Source: an uncultured virus (IMG/VR IMGVR_UViG_3300017613_001373) (lineage: Duplodnaviria; Heunggongvirae; Uroviricota; Caudoviricetes). From it: a stretch of DNA of 64,000 nt. Of the stretch, positions 10,065-18,695 are shown one piece after another. Each line of letters begins with the position of its first letter. Position 1 is the stretch's first letter. Made by a program: the position numbers and the translations under genes. Location: the IMG/VR virus record IMGVR_UViG_3300017613_001373; one strand, written 5' to 3'. The notes under the pieces are model-generated. The model was not told the DNA's origin. It worked only from the letters and a program-made list of their open reading frames with translations, and did not search any database.

Positions 10065-10292
10065 CTAAATCATTTGATAATTTACTACAATATAATGATG
10101 CCCCTGTTTCGACACCAATAAATCATATGGTTGATTGTCAAAAACAATGAAATCTTTTGTCACAATTAATGATGTTGATGGGAAATCCACTTCACATTGT
10201 ACTTCACCAAAACGTTCACCAAACCTCTGTGATTGCAGTCTTTCATCAAGCCTCACATAGAACAATTTATCTATATATTCGGGTATTACCAT
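10065..10292 (-). CDS. hypothetical protein
   Basis: AGGAGA SD; co-oriented. Confidence 0.6.
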   Translation of the reverse strand: MVIPEYIDKLFYVRLDERLQSQRFGERFGEVQCEVDFPSTSLIVTKDFIVFDNQPYDLLVSKQGHHYIVVNYQMI

Positions 10293-10316
10293 AACATTCT
10301 CCTAATTTCTTTAGAA

Positions 10317-10655
10317 TCACCAAGACAATCCTATGTCCAATAACTGATCATACTCCCGATCTTTTTGCTCTTGGGATGCAATCTGATCTGCATTATCACG
10401 ATTGTAAATTTGCAATGTAATTGCTTCATCTAAGTCATTGGATACATATTCATAATCCAGTCCTGATATGTCTATAGTTTCATTATTTATAGAAATTGTT
10501 ACCTCATCAGGATCATACCACATTTCTAAAATTTTATCATCATCTATTATCTTTGATGTCATATAAGAATTACGATCACTCATGTAATTCCATATGATAT
10601 CACCATTATTTGTTTTATTAGTAATGTTGACAACAAGATTGTATTCTTTACTCAT
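10317..10655 (-). CDS. hypothetical protein (N-terminal T-x-x-G-x-x-x-W motif)
   Basis: AAGGAGG SD. Confidence 0.65.
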   Translation of the reverse strand: MSKEYNLVVNITNKTNNGDIIWNYMSDRNSYMTSKIIDDDKILEMWYDPDEVTISINNETIDISGLDYEYVSNDLDEAITLQIYNRDNADQIASQEQKDREYDQLLDIGLSW

Positions 10656-10664
10656 TCAACCTCC

Positions 10665-11471
10665 TTAATAGTTCACAACCAATACTTCACTGGTATTTCC
10701 ATTGTCTCCACGTTGATAATTTGAACCACGATATGAGGCATAAATGTCTATAACTCGATATCGCCCTGACCAGCGTGATAACAAATGATTAATCTTCCCA
10801 TTATTTGTCAAAGCATTTGACAATGCCCATTTTATACCTTTGTTATCTAACCTATTTAACAAAGTGAACAATCTTTGATCATGATCGGTTGACCAACCAG
10901 TATTATAACTCGCAACTCCGTTTGTATATGGCGGATCAAAATATACAAACCCCTCATATTCAAGTTCTTCAAAATCAGTCGAATGAAATTCAACATTTTT
11001 CTGTTGCCATTTCTTAACAAAATTAATCATGTTACGTCTGCGTGTAGGATTAAAAGTTCTTACTCCAAAAGGTAGATTGAAATTTCCAGCTTTAGCGAAA
11101 CGGATTTGATTACTGAAAGAATGAGCATTTAGTAAATAAAACCAGTACGGGTTAGGTAAAAGATTATATGCATCTCGTAATGTGTAATAACCTTTTTTAT
11201 TTGAGGCTGAAAGTTTATAATACTCAATTTCTTTATCTAAGCGGTATAAAATCCTTTCAATTGGTTCTTCGTACATCACCGTCAACCATTCTACAATCGG
11301 TTGACAAGAATCATTAATTACAATTTTTTCAGCGTCTACATTTACTGCCACATTGCCCGACCCAACGAAAGGTTCAGTAAACACCTTTGTCTCTGGAAAA
11401 TGTGGTAACAGTTGATCTAATAGTTTATATTTGTGTCCTGTTTGACCAAGCGGTGACTTAATTTGTGTCAT
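10665..11471 (-). CDS. Dam-family (D12) N6-adenine DNA methyltransferase
   Basis: EPFVGSG SAM motif, IRF..GNFNLPFG, DPPY. Confidence 0.9.
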   Translation of the reverse strand: MTQIKSPLGQTGHKYKLLDQLLPHFPETKVFTEPFVGSGNVAVNVDAEKIVINDSCQPIVEWLTVMYEEPIERILYRLDKEIEYYKLSASNKKGYYTLRDAYNLLPNPYWFYLLNAHSFSNQIRFAKAGNFNLPFGVRTFNPTRRRNMINFVKKWQQKNVEFHSTDFEELEYEGFVYFDPPYTNGVASYNTGWSTDHDQRLFTLLNRLDNKGIKWALSNALTNNGKINHLLSRWSGRYRVIDIYASYRGSNYQRGDNGNTSEVLVVNY

Positions 11472-11489
11472 TTTGATTCATTCCTTTCC

Positions 11490-11612
11490 TTATTTATCAT
11501 CTTCAATTAAATACCCTTGTTGTTCATCAACAACTTCTAATTGCAATCCGTATACTAATTCGTCTACTTCTGCCTCTGTTAGTTCATCATCATCTGGTAA
11601 ATATCTCATCAT
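11490..11612 (-). CDS. small acidic protein, 40 aa
   Basis: AAGGAG SD; MMRYLPDDDELTEAEVDELV...; below the ORF-track length cutoff. Confidence 0.55.
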   Translation of the reverse strand: MMRYLPDDDELTEAEVDELVYGLQLEVVDEQQGYLIEDDK

Positions 11613-11645
11613 TTTTTACTCCTTATACTCTCAATAACGCTAATA

Positions 11646-11879
11646 CTACCGCGCTCGTAAACACACTATTAAATTTGACTCATCGAATGAGTCGTCCTCA
11701 TCAATTTCGTTCCTATCCAAATAATATCCGTCTTCCCAATAACCAATCGTGGCAGGTTTTTTAACTTGTACCCCACCCGCTTCATCATATTGAGTCATCA
11801 CCATCACATTCAACTTTAACGATTCTGGCTCACCGATTGACAATGCAATTAACTCATTTAAATATTGTTCAAATGTCAT
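11646..11879 (-). CDS. hypothetical protein
   Basis: overlaps the upstream gene's stop. Confidence 0.6.
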   Translation of the reverse strand: MTFEQYLNELIALSIGEPESLKLNVMVMTQYDEAGGVQVKKPATIGYWEDGYYLDRNEIDEDDSFDESNLIVCLRAR

Positions 11880-12285
11880 ATATACCCTGTAATCGAGTGG
11901 ATTCCGTCAATAATACTTGTCGCCTTTCTTCCGCAAACTCGACAAATTCTACGAAATTTTCATCAGATTGAATGAGTAATTCTACATAACGTTTCTTAGC
12001 ATCACTCATTGTTTTAAATACTTCAAATTGTACAACTCGATGTCGAGAATTATAATCATTCATACCATAGAGAGGATAATACATACTTGACAACACACTA
12101 TTGGATTCCCAATGATACGCTCTGGTTGATTCACCAAGTTTGTTGTTTTGACTTATTCGTACCTTTGTTGGTTTTATATTTCTCTCGTGTGATATAAGCG
12201 GGTTCCATGAAGTGATCAGACTACAAATATAAAATGTTTCACCGTCATGGAGTCCATCTACTACCTCTTGTGTTAGTCTATTCAT
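11869..12285 (-). CDS. hypothetical protein
   Basis: co-oriented ORF. Confidence 0.6.
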   Translation of the reverse strand: MNRLTQEVVDGLHDGETFYICSLITSWNPLISHERNIKPTKVRISQNNKLGESTRAYHWESNSVLSSMYYPLYGMNDYNSRHRVVQFEVFKTMSDAKKRYVELLIQSDENFVEFVEFAEERRQVLLTESTRLQGIYDI

Positions 12286-12297
12286 TATTCACATCCC

Positions 12298-12597
12298 CTA
12301 TTCTCTAATAACAATTTCACCATTTACAACTTCACCATCCCATGTTGAGAAATCACATGAGACACCATATTGACTAGCATCAACAAAACCGTGATGATAC
12401 ACGATACACGCCATGCCGTCCACTACTATATATTCAAAATCCGATTCTTGTATTTCTGTAATTGTTACTTCACCTGACGAATCTGAATTGTCTGATAACC
12501 CATCAGCGATTAATGTAGCACTGGCGATTACAACAATTGCGACCAATACTAACACTAAAGCATACTCTACCAAACCTTGCCCTTTTTGATTTTTCAT
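12298..12597 (-). CDS. Flp/type IVb pilin-like N-terminus fused to a small soluble domain
   Basis: KG|QGLVEYALVLVLVAIVVI prepilin cleavage site and Flp EY motif. Confidence 0.75.
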   Translation of the reverse strand: MKNQKGQGLVEYALVLVLVAIVVIASATLIADGLSDNSDSSGEVTITEIQESDFEYIVVDGMACIVYHHGFVDASQYGVSCDFSTWDGEVVNGEIVIRE

Positions 12598-12630
12598 AAA
12601 TGTTTCCTTTATCTAATTAATTTGAATATA

Positions 12631-13077
12631 TTATATTGTTACATCCAATGCTGAAATAATGTCACCATAACAACGTTTAAAATCTTCTTTCATGTCTTCA
12701 ACATCTGAATTTGTAGGAAGTGATACTGGTTCTGAGATCCCACCGTCGTATTTATCAAAATGTAACCACATCGGCTTATCACCATCCTCTATCTTATTTC
12801 CAATACATACAATCTTACCTCTTTCAAACAAATAGTCTGATGTAACCTCATGTAGCACATCTTCCCATTCTCCATCAAGTATCCAATCAACAATAAAACG
12901 TGGATGTATTTTAATCACTTCTTCCTTCTCCGCGATTATAAAACCACAGTTTTGACAGTACACACCATCCTGTTGCTTATGACCGTTTTTACACCCACGA
13001 AATGTCATATGATGATTAATTTCATATGTATCTATTTCCAAATATACTCCAAAATAATGATATAGATTGTTACCCAT
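12631..13077 (-). CDS. hypothetical zinc-ribbon protein
   Basis: CKNGH...YCQNCG. Confidence 0.6.
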   Translation of the reverse strand: MGNNLYHYFGVYLEIDTYEINHHMTFRGCKNGHKQQDGVYCQNCGFIIAEKEEVIKIHPRFIVDWILDGEWEDVLHEVTSDYLFERGKIVCIGNKIEDGDKPMWLHFDKYDGGISEPVSLPTNSDVEDMKEDFKRCYGDIISALDVTI

Positions 13078-13096
13078 AATTTCTCCCTAAATAAAA

Positions 13097-13132
13097 ATAA
13101 ACTTCTTTCGCTTGAATCTGAAAGAAGTTTAT
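13097..13132. terminator. hairpin/terminator downstream of rtcB
   Basis: ATAAACTTCTTTC...GAAAGAAGTTTAT inverted repeat. Confidence 0.5.
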
Positions 13133-13175
13133 CGTAGTTTGTTGCTTTTGTCGATAGGACTTTTGTACTGACTTA

Positions 13176-14501
13176 TTATTTCCCACCCATAATTACTACA
13201 ACAGGTGTCATAACAGCTACCTTATCAACTAATTCTGATTGAGCATTCATAACATCATCAATGTTCTTGTATGCGAATGGATTTTCATCCTCCTCAACAC
13301 CAATCCATGTGACATCTAAATAATCTTTTGCTTGCTGTACCCGTACAGGATCATAGTTTTGTTTAGCTTTTGTGCGTGATGATACACGACCAGCACCGTG
13401 AGAAGATGACCATAATCCATCAGGATTACCCAACCCCTCGACAATGTAACTATGTGTTCCTGCTGAACCAGGTATTAATGATGCTTGACCTAATCCTGCT
13501 GGTGATGCGCCTTTACGATGGATCACCGTTCCGTCATCTTGAACCCATGCGAAATTATGATGATTTTCTAAACGTACACCTCCGTCTAAACCGGCATATT
13601 GTAAAAAGTGATCATGAATTAAATAATGATTAGCTTGCGCGTAATCACCCATTAGATTCATGACTTCCAAGTATTCTGCCCCATCCTCAGATTGTGTGTC
13701 TAACCATTCATATCCTGTAGGGATATTATATCCACCTGTTTGACGATGTGCTAGTTTCATATAATGTTGTGCCATTTTATAACCAGTACCACGACTACCT
13801 GAATGTGTTAAAAGTACTAACACTTCTTCATCAGCCTCATATGGGAAAAATTCAGTCCATCCCAAACTTTTTGCCGTCATAATGTTTGCAAAATGGTTTC
13901 CGCTTCCGCTAGAACCCAACTGATCCCATGCCTTATCTTTCAAGTTGCTCAAATGCGGTAATTCATCCCACAATGAATCATACATCACATCATGATCACG
14001 ATTCTTATATGGCGTATCACCATATTGAGCCTTGCCTAATCCAAAATGTGTAACATCAACCAACATGTTAGCAAATTGATCACGATCTGATTTGTCTTTG
14101 ATTAATTCAGTTCCACCTAAAACAGTCAATGTCATTCGACAAGCAATATCATATCCAACCATTGAGGGTGAAACAGCATGATCTAATTGTGCAACCCCAC
14201 CAATGTTCAAGGCGTACCCCAAGTGAGCATCAGGCATTACCGCCCCACGTACAGCAACAGGTAATCGCATTGCAATATCCATTTGATCCAATGCGGTTTG
14301 ATCAATATCCCCATAAACACTATACGGAGCGGCTTCATCATTCATTTGAGGACGTTGAATTGGTAAACCAAATTCTGCTTCAACAGCATTTAATACATCA
14401 ACCCCTTGCTCCAACCTAGCGGCGTATTGTGCAATTACTCCAAAGTTATCTACCGTATGTCCGTTATACCCTGCGTCTCGTAAAATTTCGTGAGTTTTCA
14501 T
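13176..14501 (-). CDS. rtcB: RtcB-family RNA ligase
   Basis: MPDAHLG, VGYDIAC, GSGNHF, HSGSRG, HHN, HRKGA, SHGAGR, AYK. Confidence 0.95.
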   Translation of the reverse strand: MKTHEILRDAGYNGHTVDNFGVIAQYAARLEQGVDVLNAVEAEFGLPIQRPQMNDEAAPYSVYGDIDQTALDQMDIAMRLPVAVRGAVMPDAHLGYALNIGGVAQLDHAVSPSMVGYDIACRMTLTVLGGTELIKDKSDRDQFANMLVDVTHFGLGKAQYGDTPYKNRDHDVMYDSLWDELPHLSNLKDKAWDQLGSSGSGNHFANIMTAKSLGWTEFFPYEADEEVLVLLTHSGSRGTGYKMAQHYMKLAHRQTGGYNIPTGYEWLDTQSEDGAEYLEVMNLMGDYAQANHYLIHDHFLQYAGLDGGVRLENHHNFAWVQDDGTVIHRKGASPAGLGQASLIPGSAGTHSYIVEGLGNPDGLWSSSHGAGRVSSRTKAKQNYDPVRVQQAKDYLDVTWIGVEEDENPFAYKNIDDVMNAQSELVDKVAVMTPVVVIMGGK

Positions 14502-14541
14502 AATTCTCTCCTTTTTTCTTTTTCTCTTTCAATATGTTAAG

Positions 14542-14586
14542 AGTATATATCACTTTGTAATTTTTTACAATAGCCTCTTGGTACTA
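14542..14586 (-). promoter_or_regulatory. sigma70-like promoter with upstream TAGTAC-N4 box and TTGTAA-N4-TTACAA palindrome
   Basis: TTGTAA-17-TATACT facing rtcB. Confidence 0.7.
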
Positions 14587-14602
14587 TTATTCTAACCGTG
14601 AA

Positions 14603-14759
14603 TTATAATTTAGTTATTATTAAAATTAAATTCTTAGGAGGAATAAATTATGGCGTTTGTAAGTCCCGAACAAGGGAAAGTGGAAATGAGATTCGACTCA
14701 ACTGGTGCTTTATTTGGTCGATCCAATAGTGTTGCCGAAATCGAAGTTAGCCCTGCTGG
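14603..14759 (+). repeat. 157-bp direct repeat copy 1 (-10 box, RBS, first 37 codons)
   Basis: matches 15645-15801 with 7 mismatches. Confidence 0.95.
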
Positions 14760-15510
14760 GAGTAGTGCTGGAATTGGCTTTGACACGCTCGGTAACGTGC
14801 TGGTCGTTGATCCTACATTTACAGAGGCGACAAGTGGATGGGGTGTGAGGGCGTTTGCTTATGTATCAGCGGCAGTTACCGCTTCAACTGCAAATGACCT
14901 TATTTACTGCAATGGGATTCTCGCAGAGGAAGTAGCTCTGATTACAATCACGCACGACCTAACATTTACAGGGAATGCAATACTTGACCCGACACAAAGT
15001 AATTTTGATGTGGATGGTTGCAATGTGACCATCTATGGCAATCTTGAATTCCAAGCTCCTACTTCATCGTTCATTGTACAAAACGGTGGGACGCTTACCA
15101 TGTTTGGAGGCAAGGCTGTGGGGGCAAACGTGCATGATGACGGATCAAAGTTTATTATCCACAACACAGAAATTACAGGATTGATTAGTGGTGATGATGG
15201 ACTAGGGACGCTTGGAAATGTTGTTGCGAGAAACTGTACGATAGATACATTATCGTCATTTGCGTCAACAACGGCGGATGTAAGGCGTTGTGACATCATT
15301 ACTCAATTAAACAATGTGACACTCGATCCACTCGATGGCACAAACACGTTAGTCAACATTCCATACAGAGAAGTCGTCACCCTCGCCTCCTTACCAGCGG
15401 CTTCGGCGGCGAACGCTGGTGCAACAGCTGCAACGTCAGACGGTGGAAGTGGTTCGATTCCCGCTCTGATGTACTCCAATGGGAGTGCTTGGGTTGTTGC
15501 GGCTGAATAA
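14650..15510 (+). CDS. virion fibre/decoration-like beta-rich protein, paralog A
   Basis: N-terminus shared with paralog B; C-terminal LASLPAA...YSNGSAW fibre motif. Confidence 0.6.
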   Translation: MAFVSPEQGKVEMRFDSTGALFGRSNSVAEIEVSPAGSSAGIGFDTLGNVLVVDPTFTEATSGWGVRAFAYVSAAVTASTANDLIYCNGILAEEVALITITHDLTFTGNAILDPTQSNFDVDGCNVTIYGNLEFQAPTSSFIVQNGGTLTMFGGKAVGANVHDDGSKFIIHNTEITGLISGDDGLGTLGNVVARNCTIDTLSSFASTTADVRRCDIITQLNNVTLDPLDGTNTLVNIPYREVVTLASLPAASAANAGATAATSDGGSGSIPALMYSNGSAWVVAAE

Positions 15511-15598
15511 TTTTAGTTACTAACAGGAAGAAAAACAACTAAGAAAAGATTGGCAAAGTAATATGAAATAATTGGATAAATAATAATATTCAAGAAAC

Positions 15599-15636
15599 AA
15601 AAAGAGATTGATTACCAATGATCAATCTCTTTTTTT
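15599..15636 (+). terminator. intrinsic terminator
   Basis: AAGAGATTGAT...ATCAATCTCTT followed by a T-tract. Confidence 0.8.
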
Positions 15637-15644
15637 ACCATAGT

Positions 15645-15801
15645 TTATAATTTAGTTATTATTAAAATTAAATTCTTAGGAGGAATAAATTATGGCTTTT
15701 GTAAACCCTGAACAGGGCAAAGTAGAAATGAGATTCGACTCAACTGGTGCTTTATTTGGTCGATCCAATAGTGTTGCCGAAATCGAAGTTAGCCCTGCTG
15801 G
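15645..15801 (+). repeat. 157-bp direct repeat copy 2
   Basis: see copy 1. Confidence 0.95.
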
Positions 15802-16510
15802 TGGTGTTGTAACCCCTTTTGATGACGGTTCATTCATAGTTGCACCAACGGGCGGCGACTACACAACGGTTAAAGAGGCATTGGATGTATTGACCACACA
15901 AGCTGGAGTGCATATTATAAAATTGTATGGGCGTGTATTAGAGACAGCCGATATGTCTTATCCTGCTTGCGTTTGTGATGAGATTATTATCGAAATGCAG
16001 TCAGCGGCGGGATGGGGTGTCGAATCAATTACAATGAATAAAGGTCTTACGATACATGGTGCGGGTGCAAGTCGTTCGATTCTCCCAAGTGTTGAGTTTC
16101 AAGAGGACGCTGTTGTTTACCCGCGATATTTGGTATTGGAATACTTAGCTATTGGCGGGGTTGCCACGAAAGGTGCAAAACCTATTCTAACATCGACGAA
16201 CTTCACTAAAATATCGCATTGCACAGTTACCTATGATCCCTTATTAGTTATCACATCTGATGACGCAGTAACCATCGATCATACCTCTCTATTAGATGGA
16301 AATGGAAACGCCAATGCTGATGTTGATGTAAATGGACTTTCTCATATATCATTAAAGCATTCTAGCTTTGGAGAGTTACAACACGCATCGGGGCTTGCTC
16401 TATCTGCTTACCAAATAGGATTCTGCGAGATTGACGCATTAGTAAATGTAACTCTACCTGCGGGGAACTTTTCAAACACTGTACAAGGGATCACCAATCC
16501 AGTACCATAA
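15692..16510 (+). CDS. virion fibre/decoration-like beta-helix protein, paralog B
   Basis: shared N-terminus; VAPTGGDYTTVKEALD pectin-lyase-like cap. Confidence 0.6.
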   Translation: MAFVNPEQGKVEMRFDSTGALFGRSNSVAEIEVSPAGGVVTPFDDGSFIVAPTGGDYTTVKEALDVLTTQAGVHIIKLYGRVLETADMSYPACVCDEIIIEMQSAAGWGVESITMNKGLTIHGAGASRSILPSVEFQEDAVVYPRYLVLEYLAIGGVATKGAKPILTSTNFTKISHCTVTYDPLLVITSDDAVTIDHTSLLDGNGNANADVDVNGLSHISLKHSSFGELQHASGLALSAYQIGFCEIDALVNVTLPAGNFSNTVQGITNPVP

Positions 16511-16923
16511 TGAAAACAATAACACTAGCAGAGATTCTAGCAAGTAATGAACAGCACTGTATAAACCCTCTTACTGGAATTAGTGAAAGTGGTAATCAAA
16601 CAGATAAGAAAACGCTTCTTGATGGTTGGTCAGGGACTATCATCGAGGCGTTTTCACTTCTTGACGATTGGGAACCAGAAAGGCTTATCGGAGTTATATC
16701 GTGGAATGATTGGTTATCAAATGACGATTTTATTATTATTTGTGAAGCAATTAAACAAGAACTTGATAGCAGTTATATGGAAAGAGTAGAATTACTGATT
16801 GGTTATATAGAAAATAATTATAGTGTTAAACAATCAGTTCTACTTATTTTACAAATGGCAAAATCTACTATTGGAAAAGCGAAAACATTAGATATAATAT
16901 TATCATGTTTTCCCAAATATTGA
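16510..16923 (+). CDS. hypothetical protein coupled to paralog B
   Basis: TAATG overlap. Confidence 0.6.
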   Translation: MKTITLAEILASNEQHCINPLTGISESGNQTDKKTLLDGWSGTIIEAFSLLDDWEPERLIGVISWNDWLSNDDFIIICEAIKQELDSSYMERVELLIGYIENNYSVKQSVLLILQMAKSTIGKAKTLDIILSCFPKY

Positions 16924-17143
16924 AAGATCACTTAATTTAAACTTAGTTATAACTTTAACATCATCAACCATTTCAAAGGATTTAATAGTACCACCAACTA
17001 ACACCACCATCTTATCTGACTCAAACCCGCCTTGGAGTATAGCTGAAAACGTCTCGTTATCTATCATGTTATTTATAGCATCTTCCGTATATACGATCTA
17101 CTTCCCCTGATTTTAGTACAATCGCGGAGAACTTCTTACGCAT
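16903..17143 (-). pseudogene. frameshifted small gene
   Basis: MRKKFSAIVLKSGEVDR continues in another frame as IVYTEDAINNMID...; the ATG overlaps the end of the upstream gene. Confidence 0.4.
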
Positions 17144-17534
17144 CAGATTCATACTCATTAATATCTGTTTCGAGGTCTTGTACACGTTCCTCTAACTCAT
17201 AAATCTCATCATCTTTCTCTTGAATATCATTTTTTAAATCATGAATAGTGTTTTCTCTGTCTTCAAGCGTATCTTCTAATTCAATGATCAGTTCGTCTTG
17301 TTCTGTCGCATTGTTGACATCCTCAACATGTTCATCTTCTAATTCATCAATACACTCCAAAAGTGCAAAGAATATATCCTCGGTGACATCGGATAATAGC
17401 CACCCATCGCGTGTTACTCGATCTCGTACTTGATTATATATGTTCATAATTTCTCCTTTTCCGACAAATCGTTTTGCATGTTCTTCTGAGTCAAAAATAA
17501 TTCTTCGACCATCTACAAATACTGTGCAACCCAT
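17136..17534 (-). CDS. acidic coiled-coil protein (start may be MNIYNQ)
   Basis: heptad-rich acidic C-terminus; AGGAGA before the internal ATG. Confidence 0.6.
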   Translation of the reverse strand: MGCTVFVDGRRIIFDSEEHAKRFVGKGEIMNIYNQVRDRVTRDGWLLSDVTEDIFFALLECIDELEDEHVEDVNNATEQDELIIELEDTLEDRENTIHDLKNDIQEKDDEIYELEERVQDLETDINEYESDA

Positions 17535-17782
17535 TATTTTACATCCATTATTGTTCCATCACAATCTGGACAAACAACCTTGATTACACGATCTAATACT
17601 CTATCGACCACATTGATTTCACGCTTAAACGGTGTTCCCAATGCCCTATCGCGTAAATCAGAATTGCAATGAGGACATGTTAAGATACCAACATACATAT
17701 TCCAAAAATCGCCATACATTCTTTGCATATCGGCGGCATCATAGCCTCGTTTTGCCATAAATGGTGTGATCATTTTACCCAC
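17534..17782 (-). CDS. zinc-ribbon protein
   Basis: CPHC...CPDC. Confidence 0.65.
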   Translation of the reverse strand: MGKMITPFMAKRGYDAADMQRMYGDFWNMYVGILTCPHCNSDLRDRALGTPFKREINVVDRVLDRVIKVVCPDCDGTIMDVK

Positions 17783-18042
17783 TAATTACCCACTAAGTGA
17801 TCCAATACCGCGTCATTGTCTGCTGATGTTAAGGTGTTGTTGATAGCATCGAGCAAGTGCTGGTTGAAAGGGTGATTCACGTAGAATGCCGCTTTGCCAA
17901 TGTATAACATTTGATGTTGGTATTGATAGACAACATCATATCCATTAAAACTTGTATAGCAATCCAATTCTCTCAGCCATTTCATATAACCCTCTTTTGT
18001 ATCCCTAATCATTGTATTGATTAAGATTTGCAATCTGTTCAT
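17782..18042 (-). CDS. hypothetical protein (N-terminal T-x-x-G-x-x-x-W motif)
   Basis: GGAGA SD; coupled. Confidence 0.6.
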   Translation of the reverse strand: MNRLQILINTMIRDTKEGYMKWLRELDCYTSFNGYDVVYQYQHQMLYIGKAAFYVNHPFNQHLLDAINNTLTSADNDAVLDHLVGN

Positions 18043-18045
18043 GAT

Positions 18046-18267
18046 TTATCTCCAATTAACAAAGTCACGTTCTTGTTCACATTTGACTACCAATTCCTCT
18101 AAACGATTTGTTTGCCCCATGTGTTCATAGAAAGCGATTAGCAATGCCATCTTTCCATTGAATGTGGGGAACTCGTCAGACATGAAACCTAAGTGAAAAA
18201 TCATTGTCTTGATTTCATTCATGGAAAATTTCTCATTCATTTGTTTCAAAAACATTGTTTGATCCAT
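18046..18267 (-). CDS. standalone effector-associated domain (EAD7-like, Death-like helical bundle)
   Basis: FSxxEIKTMxFxLG..DEFP..GK...RLEEL...ER..VNW matches the EAD7 pattern as recalled; AAGGGAGA SD. Confidence 0.7.
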   Translation of the reverse strand: MDQTMFLKQMNEKFSMNEIKTMIFHLGFMSDEFPTFNGKMALLIAFYEHMGQTNRLEELVVKCEQERDFVNWR

Positions 18268-18301
18268 TATATTTTCTCCCTTATTAAAATAATATGCTAC
18301 A

Positions 18302-18346
18302 ACTATAAGACCTATTGTAAAAAGTTACAATAGGTCTTTTGTACTA
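18302..18346 (-). promoter_or_regulatory. promoter with perfect 14-bp-arm palindrome
   Basis: AAGACCTATTGTAA-AAAG-TTACAATAGGTCTT (18307-18338); TTGTAA-17-TATAGT. Confidence 0.7.
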
Positions 18347-18679
18347 TTCTGTTATAACACCAAGTGTTGTTAAATATTGTTCCACAAACTCGTTCATATC
18401 TATTAGTTCACTCGGTACAAGGTGATCTTTCGGATTTCGCTTTGTGAACTTTTGTCGATTATACCGCTCAATATCATATAATGCTATGCGTATAAATTTA
18501 ATAGTATTTTGTGGTACATTTTCTTTCCCCTTCATTAAACGCAACAAACCCAATATATCAGATTTGTTCCTATCCAATTTCATAATCGCTGTAGGAACTT
18601 GATCCTCGCCATTGATCATTACAGATAAACGACCTTTATCATTTTTTAGCGTCATTGCGCCGTCAAAAACTTCTAACAT
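18344..18679 (-). CDS. hypothetical protein
   Basis: AAGGAG SD. Confidence 0.6.
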   Translation of the reverse strand: MLEVFDGAMTLKNDKGRLSVMINGEDQVPTAIMKLDRNKSDILGLLRLMKGKENVPQNTIKFIRIALYDIERYNRQKFTKRNPKDHLVPSELIDMNEFVEQYLTTLGVITE

Positions 18680-18695
18680 TTACAATCTCCTTTTT

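Noticed and set aside
9929..10150. 73-aa plus-strand ORF
   Set aside because: It starts within the promoter, crosses a terminator hairpin and has no SD.
14603..15801. DGR template/variable repeat pair
   Set aside because: Mismatches are not adenine-specific, the repeat is at gene 5' ends, and no reverse transcriptase is in the window.
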